A stretch of DNA of 63,643 nucleotides, the filler included. It is 5 parts of 5 records of this genome, joined end to end, with 100 filler letters (N's around TTAATTAATTAA, not from the genome) between each part and the next. Parts side by side here need not be neighbours in the genome. Positions count along the whole stretch, not along the records: positions 1 to 26,425 come from SRR20825010_5546; 4 more parts are not named here. One strand, 5' to 3'. The notes below the pieces were generated by a model, which saw nothing but the letters and a program-made list of their open reading frames with translations, did not search any database and had not been told where the DNA came from. Within the stretch, counting starts at the first letter, position 1. Every line of letters begins with the position of its first letter. Made by a program: the position numbers and the translations under genes. Positions 7,712 to 18,539 of this stretch are shown here, piece by piece.

Positions 7712-10700
7712 ATGAAGGATAATAAATGGAACCGGAAACGAATCCTGAGATTAGTCGGGAAAAGCATTCTTGTTTTGTTGATATTGTTCATCATTTTGGT
7801 GGTGATCATCCGAACTCCTTGGGCACAAAACATTATTGTTTCAAAACTTACGGATTATGTATCCGGTAAAACAAATACCAAGGTCGAGGTAGAAAGAGTC
7901 TTCATCACCTTTTCCGGGAACATCATGGCAGAGGGAATATACCTTGAAGATAAACAGGGGGATACCCTCCTCTACTCCCAAGAAATTCAAATGGACCTTC
8001 CCATTTATCCTTTGCTCTTTAAAAATGAACTTTCCATTGACGATGTAGACTCCAAAAACTTAGTGGCCAATATACGACGGGGCACGGACGCTGAAAGTTT
8101 CAATTTTGCCTTTTTGATAGATGCCTTTGCCACTTCGGATACCACTTCGGTTTCCGAGCCCATGTCCATTTCGCTGGGTGATTTTCAATTTACCGATTGG
8201 AAAGTGCGGTATGATGACACCTATCTGGGAACCAAAATCAATTTGAACCTCGGTGAAATGCAGGTTGAGGTAACCGAATTCGACCTTGACGAAATGAATT
8301 TCGGAATAGATGACTTTGTTTTAAAGGACAGTCAACTTTCCTATGAACAGACCCATTCCCCACCAACTTCCGATGATACTTCAACCTCGACCCCACCCAA
8401 AATTTCCATTGATGGCATTCAGTTGGACAAGGTAGAGCTTGTATACAATTCAGACCCTGATGACATTCAAACCAGGTTGCAATTATCCAAATTTGATTTG
8501 ACCGAGCTTGCAGTTGACGTTTCCAAAAACAGTTACAAAACGGATGAAATAGCGCTAAAAAACTCCAACATTATATTGAATCTAAATCAGGCCAAGGACA
8601 CCATCAAAAGTCAACAGGAAAACAGTCCTTTCCAGTGGCCGGAAATAGAATTACAGGCCAACCAACTGGATTTGGAATCAAACACCTTACGTTTTACGAG
8701 AAATGGCGCAAAGCAAAACGATTCTATTTTTAACCCTGATGCCTTTACCATCAACGAGCTTACTTTCAAAGCAGATGATTTGAACTACGCTCCTTCGGAC
8801 TTGGCTATTGAACTCGAAGCGTTCAGTTTCCGGGAAAGTTCTGGTATCGCCCTACAACAATTGGGTTTCAAAACATCCATTACGGATACCAAAGCAGTTA
8901 TTTCAAATTTGGCCCTACGATTAAACCAGAGTAGCCTCAATGCCAATGCCGACATACGCTACGAATCCTTGGATAATGCCTTAGACAATCCACAAAACAG
9001 CACGCTACAAATCGGTTTGAATCAACTTCATGTGCAACCTGCAGACATACAAAGCTTCCTGCCCAAACTGCAAAAGAATGATTACATAAATGCACTCGCC
9101 CAACATGCCATCACAGGGTCGGTGAAGGCAAACGGAAGCTTAAAGGTGGTAGATGAGTTTGATACCCAACTAGAATGGGGTTCCTCGTCCATTGTAATGC
9201 AAGGAAGTCTTTCCAATATCATGGAAATGGATTCCCTCACCTATAATTTGAAAAATATAGATATAAAATCCACGGAAAAAGATATCCGACCGTTTATATC
9301 CAAAGACAGTGTAGGCTTCACGATTCCAGAAAACATTGCCCTCACAGGAACGCTCAAAGGTGACCTCGAATCCTTACGGACCAAGTCAGTTTTACGGATT
9401 CCTGAGGGACGCATCAACCTGAATGCCCTTGCAAATTTTGGAAATCAGAAACGCTTTGATGGCACCATAAGCACGGATAGTCTTCAACTTGGTGCCCTGC
9501 TTCAAAATAAAAATATTGGGGCAATCTCGCTAGAACTAAAAGGCTCTGGCTCAGGAACGGAACTTGCGGATATGGATGCCCAAGTTAAAGGGACCGTATC
9601 ACAACTTCAGTTGAATCAATATGAATACAATCACATCCAATTAGAAGGTGAATTGAACAATGGCACAGGGCAAGTTGCGCTCGCCATAGCAGATGAAAAC
9701 CTTGATTTAACAGCTGATACCTCCATCGATTTTACTTCTGAAAACAACGCCATAACCTTTACGTTGAACATTGACGGAGCAGATTTAAGAAAACTTGGAT
9801 TTACAAGGGACGATATAAAAATCGCCGGCGATATTGAAGGATCGTACAACGGAAGATCGAACAACTATAAGGTCAACACCTCGATCAAAAATGGTATAGC
9901 GGTCTCGGACAACAAACAATTTCAGATTGCACCAATACTGCTGAATGCCCATGTTCGGGACTCTATCACAGATGCCACGGTGGAGAGTGGCTTTATCAAC
10001 GGTGGACTGTATTCCAATGCATCTCCCGATAGGATCAGGACGGCACTGAAAAAGCAACTGGAAAATTATTTTTCCAACGATAGTACCCTTTCTGCCGATT
10101 TGGATGACGTTGAGGCCCGATTGGATTTGGCCCTAAAACCCACACCCATCATTTCCAAGGTCTTTTTTAATGGTGTGGAAGATTTGGATTCCTTGAACAT
10201 AGATGCCGACTTTAACTCAAAAACAAAAAAATTGGACGGAAAAATATCCGTCCCAAAGTTTACCTATGCTGGAAGCACCGTGGACAGTCTTGAAGTAAAT
10301 CTCAAGGGCGACTCCACCAACCTCAATTTTTATGCAGGGCTCAAAAATTTTGAATACGACCCCATACTTTTAAAGCGAACCCATATAGAAGGAAACTTAA
10401 AGAACAAAGAGTTGGTGCTGGACTTTAGTTCTGTGAACGATACTACACAGATCATGCACATAAGTTCCGAACTGGTGTTCAAAAAAGACACCATTAGCTT
10501 GCACATTTCCCCTAAAAACCTGCTGCTGAACAAAAAATCATGGGAAATCCCAAATGACAATAAAATTGTAATGGCGGAGTCATATACGGAATTTCAGAAC
10601 TTGGTGCTTTCAAGGAACGGACAAAAACTGGAGGTATCCACAACGGTTCCCCAAATGGAAAATGAACATATTGGAATCATTTTCGAAAATTTTCAGCTTC

Positions 10701-12691
10701 AGACCTTTCTAAGCCTTTTGAATCCAGAGGAAGCACTGGCCAAAGGAACGGTACAGGGAAATTTCGTGATTCTCAACCCTTATGAAGCTACTGGATTGGT
10801 TTCAAAAATGGATATCTCGGATTTTCGTTTGATGCGGAACCCGTTGGGGAGTCTCAGTTTAAACGCCTCCTCCAAATCCCTTTCGGACTATGATTTTGAC
10901 CTAAAACTCTCTGGCGGAGGCGCCGACTTAACTTTGACAGGAGGATATGTGGCCCGTCAAAATGGTTCGGATCTAAATATGGATCTTGACATTCAAAAAT
11001 TTGAAACCAGTATTATTCAGGGATTTCTCAAGGACGAGATATCCGACCCATCAGGTTATTTTTCAGGACACATGAAGGTCGGTGGCACGCTGAACGACCC
11101 AACGTATTCGGGAACATTGAATTTCAACGATGTGGGACTCACCCTTTCAGCCTTTAAAACAAACTTGAGCATAAAAGAGCAAACCCTTAATCTAAATGAA
11201 GAGGAAATTATTTTTGATGATTTCAGAATAAACGATACCAATAAAGGTACTTTGGTGCTCGATGGAACCATTTTTACTGATGAGCTACTAAATCCTAGGT
11301 TCGACCTATCCATCCAAGCAGATAAATTTACAATGCTCGATTCCAAAAAAGGCGACAATGAACTTGTGTATGGAAAGGCCATCGTTGATACGGAATTGGA
11401 AGTGACGGGAGATCTGGAGCTGCCCATCATTAACGGTAAACTTACCATTGGTGATGCAACCGATCTTACCTACCTGGTTCCAAAGACACAATATGAAATA
11501 CAGGAGAGAGAAGGTGTTGTGATCTTTGTCAACCGTGAAAATCCCGATGCCATCCTGACCCGAAACACTGGTGAAACGACCAACTCCATTTTTGAGGGAA
11601 TGGACATCAGTACCACCTTGCAAATCTCGGACGAAGCAGTTTTCACAATTATATTGGACGATCGCACGGGAGACATGCTTCAGGCATCAGGTAATGCGAC
11701 CTTGAATTTGAACATTGACCCCAATCAGAGCATCCGTCTATCCGGAAGGTTAGATCTAAATTCAGGTTTTTACAAGACGAGCCTCTATAATTTGGTAAAC
11801 CGTGAATTCACAATAAACGATGGCAGCAACGTGGTTTGGTCTGGGGACCCCTACAATGCAACTTTGGATGTTACGGCCACTTACGAAGTCGAAACTTCGG
11901 CCGCACCCTTGATGTCCTCCATAAGCTATGGACAGGACACGGGAATCTCGGGACAGTACCAGAGGCCTGCCAAATTTTTGGTCTATTTAATGGTCGATGG
12001 AGAAATCACAGCCCCAGAAATCTCCTTTGCCCTGGACATGCCCGAAAATGTGCAGGGAAGTTACGGTGGAGGTGTCTACGGACGCATCCAGCAGTTGAAC
12101 GAACAAGAATCCGAGCTCAATAAGCAGGTTTTTTCCTTATTGGCCCTGAACCGTTTTTACCCCACCTCGGGTAGCGATGGAAGTAATGGTGGCGCTGTTG
12201 CCATTGCCCGAGACAATGTGAACAAAGTACTGTCCAGCGAGCTCAATTCCATTTCCAACAAAATCATGGGAAACACAGGACTGGAACTGGATTTTGACTT
12301 GGATAGTTTTCAGGAGAATCAGGGAGATGGCTACCAAAACAGGACACAACTGAACATTAACGCAAGTAAAAAACTATTCGACGACCGTTTTATCGTTACC
12401 GCTGGAAGTGCCGTGGATGTTGAGGGAAAGTCATCAAGCTCGGATACCGCTACCCCAGTCATTGGGAATGTGACCCTGGAATACCTCTTGAACGAGGAAG
12501 GCACTTATAGACTTAAGGGTTTTAGAAGACAGGAATACCAAAATGTTATCGATGGGCAATTGATAGTGACCGGGCTTGCCTTTATTTTCAATAGGGAATT
12601 CAATAAATTCAGTCAATTGTTCAGTCCCATAAAGCCCAAGACCAAAGAAGAGGAAATAAACGAAAAGGACAATGACAAGAAGAAACCATAA
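7712..12691 (+). CDS. tamB: Translocation/assembly module TamB (DUF490)
   Basis: 1659 aa, N-terminal TM anchor, beta-taco-like repeats, C-terminal LNKQVFSLLALNRF and EYLL...YRLKGF motifs. Confidence 0.85.
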   Translation: MKDNKWNRKRILRLVGKSILVLLILFIILVVIIRTPWAQNIIVSKLTDYVSGKTNTKVEVERVFITFSGNIMAEGIYLEDKQGDTLLYSQEIQMDLPIYPLLFKNELSIDDVDSKNLVANIRRGTDAESFNFAFLIDAFATSDTTSVSEPMSISLGDFQFTDWKVRYDDTYLGTKINLNLGEMQVEVTEFDLDEMNFGIDDFVLKDSQLSYEQTHSPPTSDDTSTSTPPKISIDGIQLDKVELVYNSDPDDIQTRLQLSKFDLTELAVDVSKNSYKTDEIALKNSNIILNLNQAKDTIKSQQENSPFQWPEIELQANQLDLESNTLRFTRNGAKQNDSIFNPDAFTINELTFKADDLNYAPSDLAIELEAFSFRESSGIALQQLGFKTSITDTKAVISNLALRLNQSSLNANADIRYESLDNALDNPQNSTLQIGLNQLHVQPADIQSFLPKLQKNDYINALAQHAITGSVKANGSLKVVDEFDTQLEWGSSSIVMQGSLSNIMEMDSLTYNLKNIDIKSTEKDIRPFISKDSVGFTIPENIALTGTLKGDLESLRTKSVLRIPEGRINLNALANFGNQKRFDGTISTDSLQLGALLQNKNIGAISLELKGSGSGTELADMDAQVKGTVSQLQLNQYEYNHIQLEGELNNGTGQVALAIADENLDLTADTSIDFTSENNAITFTLNIDGADLRKLGFTRDDIKIAGDIEGSYNGRSNNYKVNTSIKNGIAVSDNKQFQIAPILLNAHVRDSITDATVESGFINGGLYSNASPDRIRTALKKQLENYFSNDSTLSADLDDVEARLDLALKPTPIISKVFFNGVEDLDSLNIDADFNSKTKKLDGKISVPKFTYAGSTVDSLEVNLKGDSTNLNFYAGLKNFEYDPILLKRTHIEGNLKNKELVLDFSSVNDTTQIMHISSELVFKKDTISLHISPKNLLLNKKSWEIPNDNKIVMAESYTEFQNLVLSRNGQKLEVSTTVPQMENEHIGIIFENFQLQTFLSLLNPEEALAKGTVQGNFVILNPYEATGLVSKMDISDFRLMRNPLGSLSLNASSKSLSDYDFDLKLSGGGADLTLTGGYVARQNGSDLNMDLDIQKFETSIIQGFLKDEISDPSGYFSGHMKVGGTLNDPTYSGTLNFNDVGLTLSAFKTNLSIKEQTLNLNEEEIIFDDFRINDTNKGTLVLDGTIFTDELLNPRFDLSIQADKFTMLDSKKGDNELVYGKAIVDTELEVTGDLELPIINGKLTIGDATDLTYLVPKTQYEIQEREGVVIFVNRENPDAILTRNTGETTNSIFEGMDISTTLQISDEAVFTIILDDRTGDMLQASGNATLNLNIDPNQSIRLSGRLDLNSGFYKTSLYNLVNREFTINDGSNVVWSGDPYNATLDVTATYEVETSAAPLMSSISYGQDTGISGQYQRPAKFLVYLMVDGEITAPEISFALDMPENVQGSYGGGVYGRIQQLNEQESELNKQVFSLLALNRFYPTSGSDGSNGGAVAIARDNVNKVLSSELNSISNKIMGNTGLELDFDLDSFQENQGDGYQNRTQLNINASKKLFDDRFIVTAGSAVDVEGKSSSSDTATPVIGNVTLEYLLNEEGTYRLKGFRRQEYQNVIDGQLIVTGLAFIFNREFNKFSQLFSPIKPKTKEEEINEKDNDKKKP

Positions 12692-12700
12692 AATCATTTT

Positions 12701-15025
12701 TTGAAAACTTTTATCAAAACATATCTTTTGTATGGTGGCCTAGCAGCTTTGTTGTTCCACTCCTGCAGTATAAAAAAGTTTATCCCCGAAGGCGAGCGTC
12801 TCTATACGGGGGCAGAATTGACATTGGATACCATTGGCAACGTAACCGAACTAAAAGATGTTGAGTCTGAACTGATCAATCTGATTGAGCCCAACCCCAA
12901 TACCACATTTTTGGGAATGAAGCCTGCGCTATATTTTCATTATAAGGCACAGCGGAAAAAACCAGGTTTTATGTACAAGTTCCTTAATAAATCCTTTGGT
13001 GAGGAACCCGTATACTTCTCCGAGGTGAATCCGCAACAGGTGGAAGAGCTTTTATTGAACCGCTTGGACAACAACGGCTTTTTTTACAGCAGATCCAGCT
13101 CCGAGACCCTTTTAAAGGAAAAATTTGCATCGGTCAACTACTCGGCAACGGTACAGGAACCCTATACACTGGAAAACTACGAAGTGGACCGTGATTCCCT
13201 GCCCATCTACAACGAGTTGTTGGACCTCATCAAAGAGACCCCGTTATCACAAAACGACCGTTTCGACCTTGATCTTTTAAAAGCGGAACGGGAACGCTTA
13301 GATCACGGATTAAAACAGCGAGGGTACTATAACAGTCATGCCAACCTTATGATCTTTGAAGCGGACACCAATCAATACAAAAATCGAAAATTCGACCTGT
13401 TCCTTCGTTTAAAGAAAAATGTCCCTAAAAAAACGGCCATACCCTACACCATCGACTCAATTACAGTTTACCCCAATTATTCCATTGAGGGCGACACCTT
13501 ACCATTGTCCAAACAAAACCGAACCACGGTAAACGGGACCGATTTTATACAGAACGAATACTATTTTAAACCCAAATTACTGGAAACGTATCTCTTGTTC
13601 AAAGAGGGAGATCTGTACAATGCAAACACCTCTAAAATAACCAGCAGCAGGCTTTCTTCCTTGGGCAGTTATAAGTATGTGAACATACAGTACACCGAAT
13701 TGGACACTACCTTGACCGACGGCGACGGAGGCTCCCTTGCTGCAGATATTTATCTGGCCCCTTTGACGAAGCGGTCGTTGCGGGCAGAAATACAGGCGGT
13801 GACCAAATCCAACGGATTTACGGGCCCAGGACTATTGTTGACCTATAACAACAGAAACCTTTTTAAAGGAGGGGAAACCTTGAGCCTGTCCACTCATTTT
13901 TCTTATGAATCCCAACTTACGTCCGGAAGCAATTCCAGTTTAAGCAGTATTGCTTGGGGTGTAAAAGGAGATTTGATTTTCCCCCGTTCCATTCCTTTTT
14001 CACCAGAAAATTTCAGGTATTCCGTTCCCAAAACAAAAATATCCGCAGGGGTTGATTTCTTGAAAAGGAGTCAACTTTTTACCTTGAGTTCCATCAACGG
14101 TTCTTTTGGATATACCTGGAAGGAAAACCGATATGTTTTTCACCAGTTAGATCCAATTAGTATCAATTACACCCGATTGTCCAATGTAACGGATGAGTTC
14201 CAACAGATATTGGATGACAATCCCTTCCTCCGTAGAAGTTTTGACCAACGTTTTATAGCAGGACTCCTGTACACTTTCACTTATGATGAAGTATCCGATC
14301 TGGGCAAGGATTATCCTATTTTCTTTTCCACCAATATCGATTTGGCAGGAAACTTTTTTAGTTTGATAGATGGCGGTTCAGGTACCATTTTTGGCTCGGA
14401 ATATGCGCAATATGCCAAAATGGATGCAGATTTTCGGTTTTACCTGAGAATGGGCAAGGAACAAACTTTGGTGTCCAGAGTGTATGCTGGATGGGGAATA
14501 CCTTACGGAAACAGTGAGACCCTTCCCTTTGTGAAACAATTTTTCTCAGGAGGTCCCTATAGTGTTAGGGCTTTCAATATCCGTTCGCTTGGGCCAGGAA
14601 ATTTTAATGCCACTTCCGAAGATTCCACTACCGATTATTTTGACAGATCGGGTAACCTAAAACTGGAAGCCAATATCGAGTATCGTTTCCCTATATTCTC
14701 CTATCTTAAAGGTGCTTTTTTTGTAGATGCTGGCAATGTATGGCTTACCGGAAATTATGAAGATTTGGAGAATGACCAGCAGACCAGTAATTCTTCCAAC
14801 ACATTGTTTACCGATGGCAAATTCGAATCGGATTGGTTAAACGAAGTTGCCGCTGGATTCGGATTTGGTTTACGGGTGGACATCCAAAACTTTGTCATCC
14901 GTTTTGATCTGGCATCACCTTTTAGAGTGCCTTATCAACCAAAAAATGACAGATGGAACGTTCCCTTTTTTGGAAACAACGGAAACAAAGCCACATTGAA
15001 TTTTGCCATTGGCTACCCTTTCTAA
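12701..15025 (+). CDS. tamL: TamL/BamA-family Omp85 lipoprotein
   Basis: Lipobox-like FHSC, POTRA region, FFSGGPYSVRAF, C-terminal FAIGYPF; TTG start. Confidence 0.85.
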   Translation: MKTFIKTYLLYGGLAALLFHSCSIKKFIPEGERLYTGAELTLDTIGNVTELKDVESELINLIEPNPNTTFLGMKPALYFHYKAQRKKPGFMYKFLNKSFGEEPVYFSEVNPQQVEELLLNRLDNNGFFYSRSSSETLLKEKFASVNYSATVQEPYTLENYEVDRDSLPIYNELLDLIKETPLSQNDRFDLDLLKAERERLDHGLKQRGYYNSHANLMIFEADTNQYKNRKFDLFLRLKKNVPKKTAIPYTIDSITVYPNYSIEGDTLPLSKQNRTTVNGTDFIQNEYYFKPKLLETYLLFKEGDLYNANTSKITSSRLSSLGSYKYVNIQYTELDTTLTDGDGGSLAADIYLAPLTKRSLRAEIQAVTKSNGFTGPGLLLTYNNRNLFKGGETLSLSTHFSYESQLTSGSNSSLSSIAWGVKGDLIFPRSIPFSPENFRYSVPKTKISAGVDFLKRSQLFTLSSINGSFGYTWKENRYVFHQLDPISINYTRLSNVTDEFQQILDDNPFLRRSFDQRFIAGLLYTFTYDEVSDLGKDYPIFFSTNIDLAGNFFSLIDGGSGTIFGSEYAQYAKMDADFRFYLRMGKEQTLVSRVYAGWGIPYGNSETLPFVKQFFSGGPYSVRAFNIRSLGPGNFNATSEDSTTDYFDRSGNLKLEANIEYRFPIFSYLKGAFFVDAGNVWLTGNYEDLENDQQTSNSSNTLFTDGKFESDWLNEVAAGFGFGLRVDIQNFVIRFDLASPFRVPYQPKNDRWNVPFFGNNGNKATLNFAIGYPF

Positions 15026-16794
15026 TCCCTGATGATATCCATTTTCCGCAACAAAAAGGAAGCATTCATGTTCTGGCAAACCCCTTTTTTAAAGGTATAG
15101 TCAAAATACAGTTCCCCATTTACGATTTGGGCATCAAAATAGCGGTTTTCCACTTCGGACAGTTCGTCGGCAAGGCTGCACAAACTTAGATCGTGCGTAG
15201 CGACCATGCCCGTAGACCCATTTTTTACCAATCTTTCCACAAATTTTTTGGAGCCAGCGGCCTTATCCACACTATTGGTACCCTTCAAAATTTCATCCAA
15301 AATTACAAAACAGTCATCCTTATCCAGCTCCTCCACTATGTATTTTAAGCGTTTGAGCTCCGCATAAAAATAGGAAGTCTCATCCGCCAAAGAATCCGAA
15401 GATCGCATACTTGTTAGCAAACGTACGGGGCTGTACAACACTTCTTTTCCTTTTACGGGCAAACCCATGTTGGCCATTACTATCTGCAGGCCAACGGCAC
15501 GCAAAAAGGTACTTTTACCAGCCATGTTGGCGCCCGTAACTATGCAAAAACGACCTTTCGCGATCTCAAAATCGTTTAAAACGTTCTTTTTGGGGTCCAC
15601 CAAGGGGTGGCCCACTTCTTTCCCGCTAAGGATAATCTCACCATGGACCAAGTTCGGATAGGTATGATCAGAATGGTTGAAGGCATAGGTGCCAAGCGTA
15701 ATGTAAGCATCAAACTGGGCAATGGCGGAAAACCAATCTTCAACATCATCCCCATATTTCTCGATCCAAGATTCCACTTTATAGGCATAATAAACACTAT
15801 ATAGGCCGAGACCCTGCGCAAACATCGAAATTATGAGGTTGAACTGCTGCTCCAACATCGTCATACTTTGGGAAAATTTCTTTAGAATTTTTGATGTCCT
15901 CTCCCCTTTTACCTCTAGTTTTTTCTGAAGCTCTTGCAGCAATTCTGAGCTGAAAGTATGTGCTTCCAGTTCCGAAATCAGTCGTTGGTGTTGTTGAATG
16001 GTTTCTTGAGCCTCCGATACATTTGTGGTAAATCCGATAATGTTCTTTGCATAGCGACCTACAATTCCAGCGCCCAGAAGATACCAGAACAGAATCAAAC
16101 TTTCGGGCACCTGGCCCATAACCGCCAATGTGATCAAACCAATTGACAAAACGCCAAAAATCGGGGGAACGATTCCCGCCCATTTTGGCATGAAAGACTT
16201 GTGGTTTTTCATCCAGTCGGAAACCACATCGGGGGATATTTTGGGTCGGGTCTCTCCTGCCAATGCCGAGAAATGTTGCCGCCATTCGGGTAATTGGGCC
16301 AGTTCCTGAATCGCTGCCTGTTTTTTGGCTATATCCTTAGGATACCCGTCCAATAAAAGGTTTGAAAACACCTCCCTACCCTGCACCAAGGTCGTACGGT
16401 TGGAATACTGATAAAAGGAGCCCCTTCCAAAAATATCCAAATCCTGCGCATACGGGTGGTCCGGTTCCAAAAACGCCTTGCCGTCGGGCAAATGATGAAA
16501 CTTTCGGGCCAGGATGTTCAATTCGGTATTGTTGATTTCGATAAGCCTTTCCAAATATTCCTTGTGCCGTTTTACATTGCTAAAGCGGGTGACCAAATAC
16601 AAAAACAGCGCAACGCCCAAGGGCAGCAGTATAAATAGCAACGAACTTCCCCAAAGGAAATACATACCAAGGGCCAATACCACAAAAACTGACAAACGCA
16701 AGGTGGCCAACAGGCCCAATTGTTTTTTTACCTGCTGAAGTTCCTGTTGATGTTTATCTCGCTGGGAAGTGTAAAATGTTTTTAAATCTTTCAT
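15022..16794 (-). CDS. Membrane-associated MutS-related ATPase (domain V only)
   Basis: TM segments, TGANMAGKSTFLR, SYFYAELKRL, LDEILKGTNS, ATHD. Confidence 0.88.
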   Translation of the reverse strand: MKDLKTFYTSQRDKHQQELQQVKKQLGLLATLRLSVFVVLALGMYFLWGSSLLFILLPLGVALFLYLVTRFSNVKRHKEYLERLIEINNTELNILARKFHHLPDGKAFLEPDHPYAQDLDIFGRGSFYQYSNRTTLVQGREVFSNLLLDGYPKDIAKKQAAIQELAQLPEWRQHFSALAGETRPKISPDVVSDWMKNHKSFMPKWAGIVPPIFGVLSIGLITLAVMGQVPESLILFWYLLGAGIVGRYAKNIIGFTTNVSEAQETIQQHQRLISELEAHTFSSELLQELQKKLEVKGERTSKILKKFSQSMTMLEQQFNLIISMFAQGLGLYSVYYAYKVESWIEKYGDDVEDWFSAIAQFDAYITLGTYAFNHSDHTYPNLVHGEIILSGKEVGHPLVDPKKNVLNDFEIAKGRFCIVTGANMAGKSTFLRAVGLQIVMANMGLPVKGKEVLYSPVRLLTSMRSSDSLADETSYFYAELKRLKYIVEELDKDDCFVILDEILKGTNSVDKAAGSKKFVERLVKNGSTGMVATHDLSLCSLADELSEVENRYFDAQIVNGELYFDYTFKKGVCQNMNASFLLRKMDIIRD

Positions 16795-16800
16795 GAAACA

Positions 16801-17160
16801 TCAACCTAAATTGTTGAGCTCTTGTTGAAGCTTTTTGGTCAATCCGGATACGACCAATTCATAGGAATGGTCGACCAGATCTTTGATCAATCGGGGAGGG
16901 AGTTCTTCCAGATATAAGGTGTTCCAATGGGTCTTGCTCATATGATAGCCTGGCATGATTACACCATCATATTCCTCCCGAAGCTCCACGGCCCTTTCGG
17001 GGTCGCACTTTAAATTACACTGTGTAGGGAGTCTTTCCAAAGGCACGAGGGCGAACATTTTGCCCATCACCTTGAACACTAATGTGTTTTCATCAAAAGG
17101 AAACGCTTCGGTCACCCCCTTTTTGTTCAGGCAAAGCTCCCGAAGTTCCTCTACATTCAT
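16801..17160 (-). CDS. MmcQ/YjbR-family DNA-binding protein
   Basis: FPFD...VFKVMGKMFAL, NLKCDPE, PGYHMSKTHWN; ATG 17160 overlaps the upstream stop (ATGA). Confidence 0.9.
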   Translation of the reverse strand: MNVEELRELCLNKKGVTEAFPFDENTLVFKVMGKMFALVPLERLPTQCNLKCDPERAVELREEYDGVIMPGYHMSKTHWNTLYLEELPPRLIKDLVDHSYELVVSGLTKKLQQELNNLG

Positions 17161-17561
17161 TGCTGGATTCCCTGTGAGTCGTAAACAATGACTTTCTCCC
17201 AAAAATCTTCGCACTCTTCTATAAAAACCTTGTGAGCAGCTTCGTCTTGGTAGGCGGCCTGATCTTCGGCAGATTCAAAAGAAAGAATCAAAGAGTAGGT
17301 GAACGAATCGTCCACCACATCGCGGATGGCTTTTGGCGGCTTACCAATAAATTTTGTCTTCGCGTACTGCGAACTGTTCAAAAATTTGGTCAAGGATGCT
17401 TCAAAAGTGGCCCTATCGGCTTGACTATCTGGATTTTTAAACCAGAAATAGACCACGTGGGCAAACGTGTGGTCAAAATTATTGTTCATTTCATTTTTGA
17501 TTTGTACACAACTGGAGGCTAATACACCTACCAATAGCAGGGTTACAATTTTGGTTTTCAT
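17157..17561 (-). CDS. Dabb-family (stress-responsive A/B barrel) lipoprotein
   Basis: Lipobox LASSC, HVVYFWFK, AYQDEAAHKVF. Confidence 0.8.
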   Translation of the reverse strand: MKTKIVTLLLVGVLASSCVQIKNEMNNNFDHTFAHVVYFWFKNPDSQADRATFEASLTKFLNSSQYAKTKFIGKPPKAIRDVVDDSFTYSLILSFESAEDQAAYQDEAAHKVFIEECEDFWEKVIVYDSQGIQQ

Positions 17562-17563
17562 AT

Positions 17564-18187
17564 TTACTCTTCTATCGATTCTTTTTCCTTTTTTGATATT
17601 TCCAAAGCGGAATAATCCAATGTCCATCCAATGGTCTCCACTATTTTTTCCACGACCAAAACGGCCTGTAATGCTTCTCTCCTTGCGGTTTCCATCAACC
17701 CGCTTTCGGGTATCTTTTTTCTGATATGCTCTTTGGCCTCTTGATTCAGATTGGTCAGGTCTGTGGGCGAAAAGCTATTAAAAATACCATTTTTAATGTC
17801 ATAAAATTGTAGGTCTGGCTCAATGGACAATATTTCTGGCTCTGGAAAATGGTTGAGCATGATCCGCTTCCTGTCGTTATCCGCTTTCAAATCCAATTTG
17901 TTCAGGTCGTACCCGATCTGTGCCTTCGCTTTTATGACGATCAATGCCTTTTTCTTGCTTCGCAACAGACTCATAAAGCTGTCCTTGGTGTTCTCGTAAT
18001 GATAGATCTCGGCAAAATCCCCTTCCACCGAAACCAATTTGCATACACTACGGATCTTATTGAGAATTACGGTAGACTGTTCTTCGGTAATTTCTTTGTT
18101 CTTCTTTTTTCGGAACAGGGAATAGACCCAATACATGATTATTGCGCCCAAGATCAATCCCAAAACAATATCCACAACTTCGCCCAT
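17564..18187 (-). CDS. DUF4230-family protein
   Basis: N-terminal TM, KLVSVEG, KAKAQIGYDL, PEPEIL. Confidence 0.75.
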   Translation of the reverse strand: MGEVVDIVLGLILGAIIMYWVYSLFRKKKNKEITEEQSTVILNKIRSVCKLVSVEGDFAEIYHYENTKDSFMSLLRSKKKALIVIKAKAQIGYDLNKLDLKADNDRKRIMLNHFPEPEILSIEPDLQFYDIKNGIFNSFSPTDLTNLNQEAKEHIRKKIPESGLMETARREALQAVLVVEKIVETIGWTLDYSALEISKKEKESIEE

Positions 18188-18188
18188 G

Positions 18189-18539
18189 TTATTTTCCTAT
18201 TTCACCCAAATGGGTAAACTTAAATCCTTTGTCATATTTTAATCCGTATCCCAGCATTCTGTCCAACGCGGAGTGCGAGAACAAAATTACCCCGATCAAC
18301 TGGCATAAAGGTATGGAAAAGTAAGCGCCCACAAGATAGATGAGTATGGCCACTCCCTTATGATGAAACAGATTATAACAAAAAGCTCCGATCTTGTTTC
18401 CGAAAATGTAGCCCACCATTCCAATATCAGGGGTTAAAATCAATACCAAAAACCACCACCAGGGGTAATCCAGCAAACTAAAAAGGTAGATGCCCAGAAC
18501 GAACATCATTACCTCTTCCAATTTCAGGGTTGTCTTCAT
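18189..18539 (-). CDS. DUF4260-family membrane protein
   Basis: PDIGMVGY, YNLFHH, DRMLGYGLKY, FTHLG. Confidence 0.85.
   Translation of the reverse strand: MKTTLKLEEVMMFVLGIYLFSLLDYPWWWFLVLILTPDIGMVGYIFGNKIGAFCYNLFHHKGVAILIYLVGAYFSIPLCQLIGVILFSHSALDRMLGYGLKYDKGFKFTHLGEIGK

Noticed and set aside
15022..16794. Canonical mismatch-repair mutS
   Set aside because: Too short, TM helices present, mismatch-binding domain not seen
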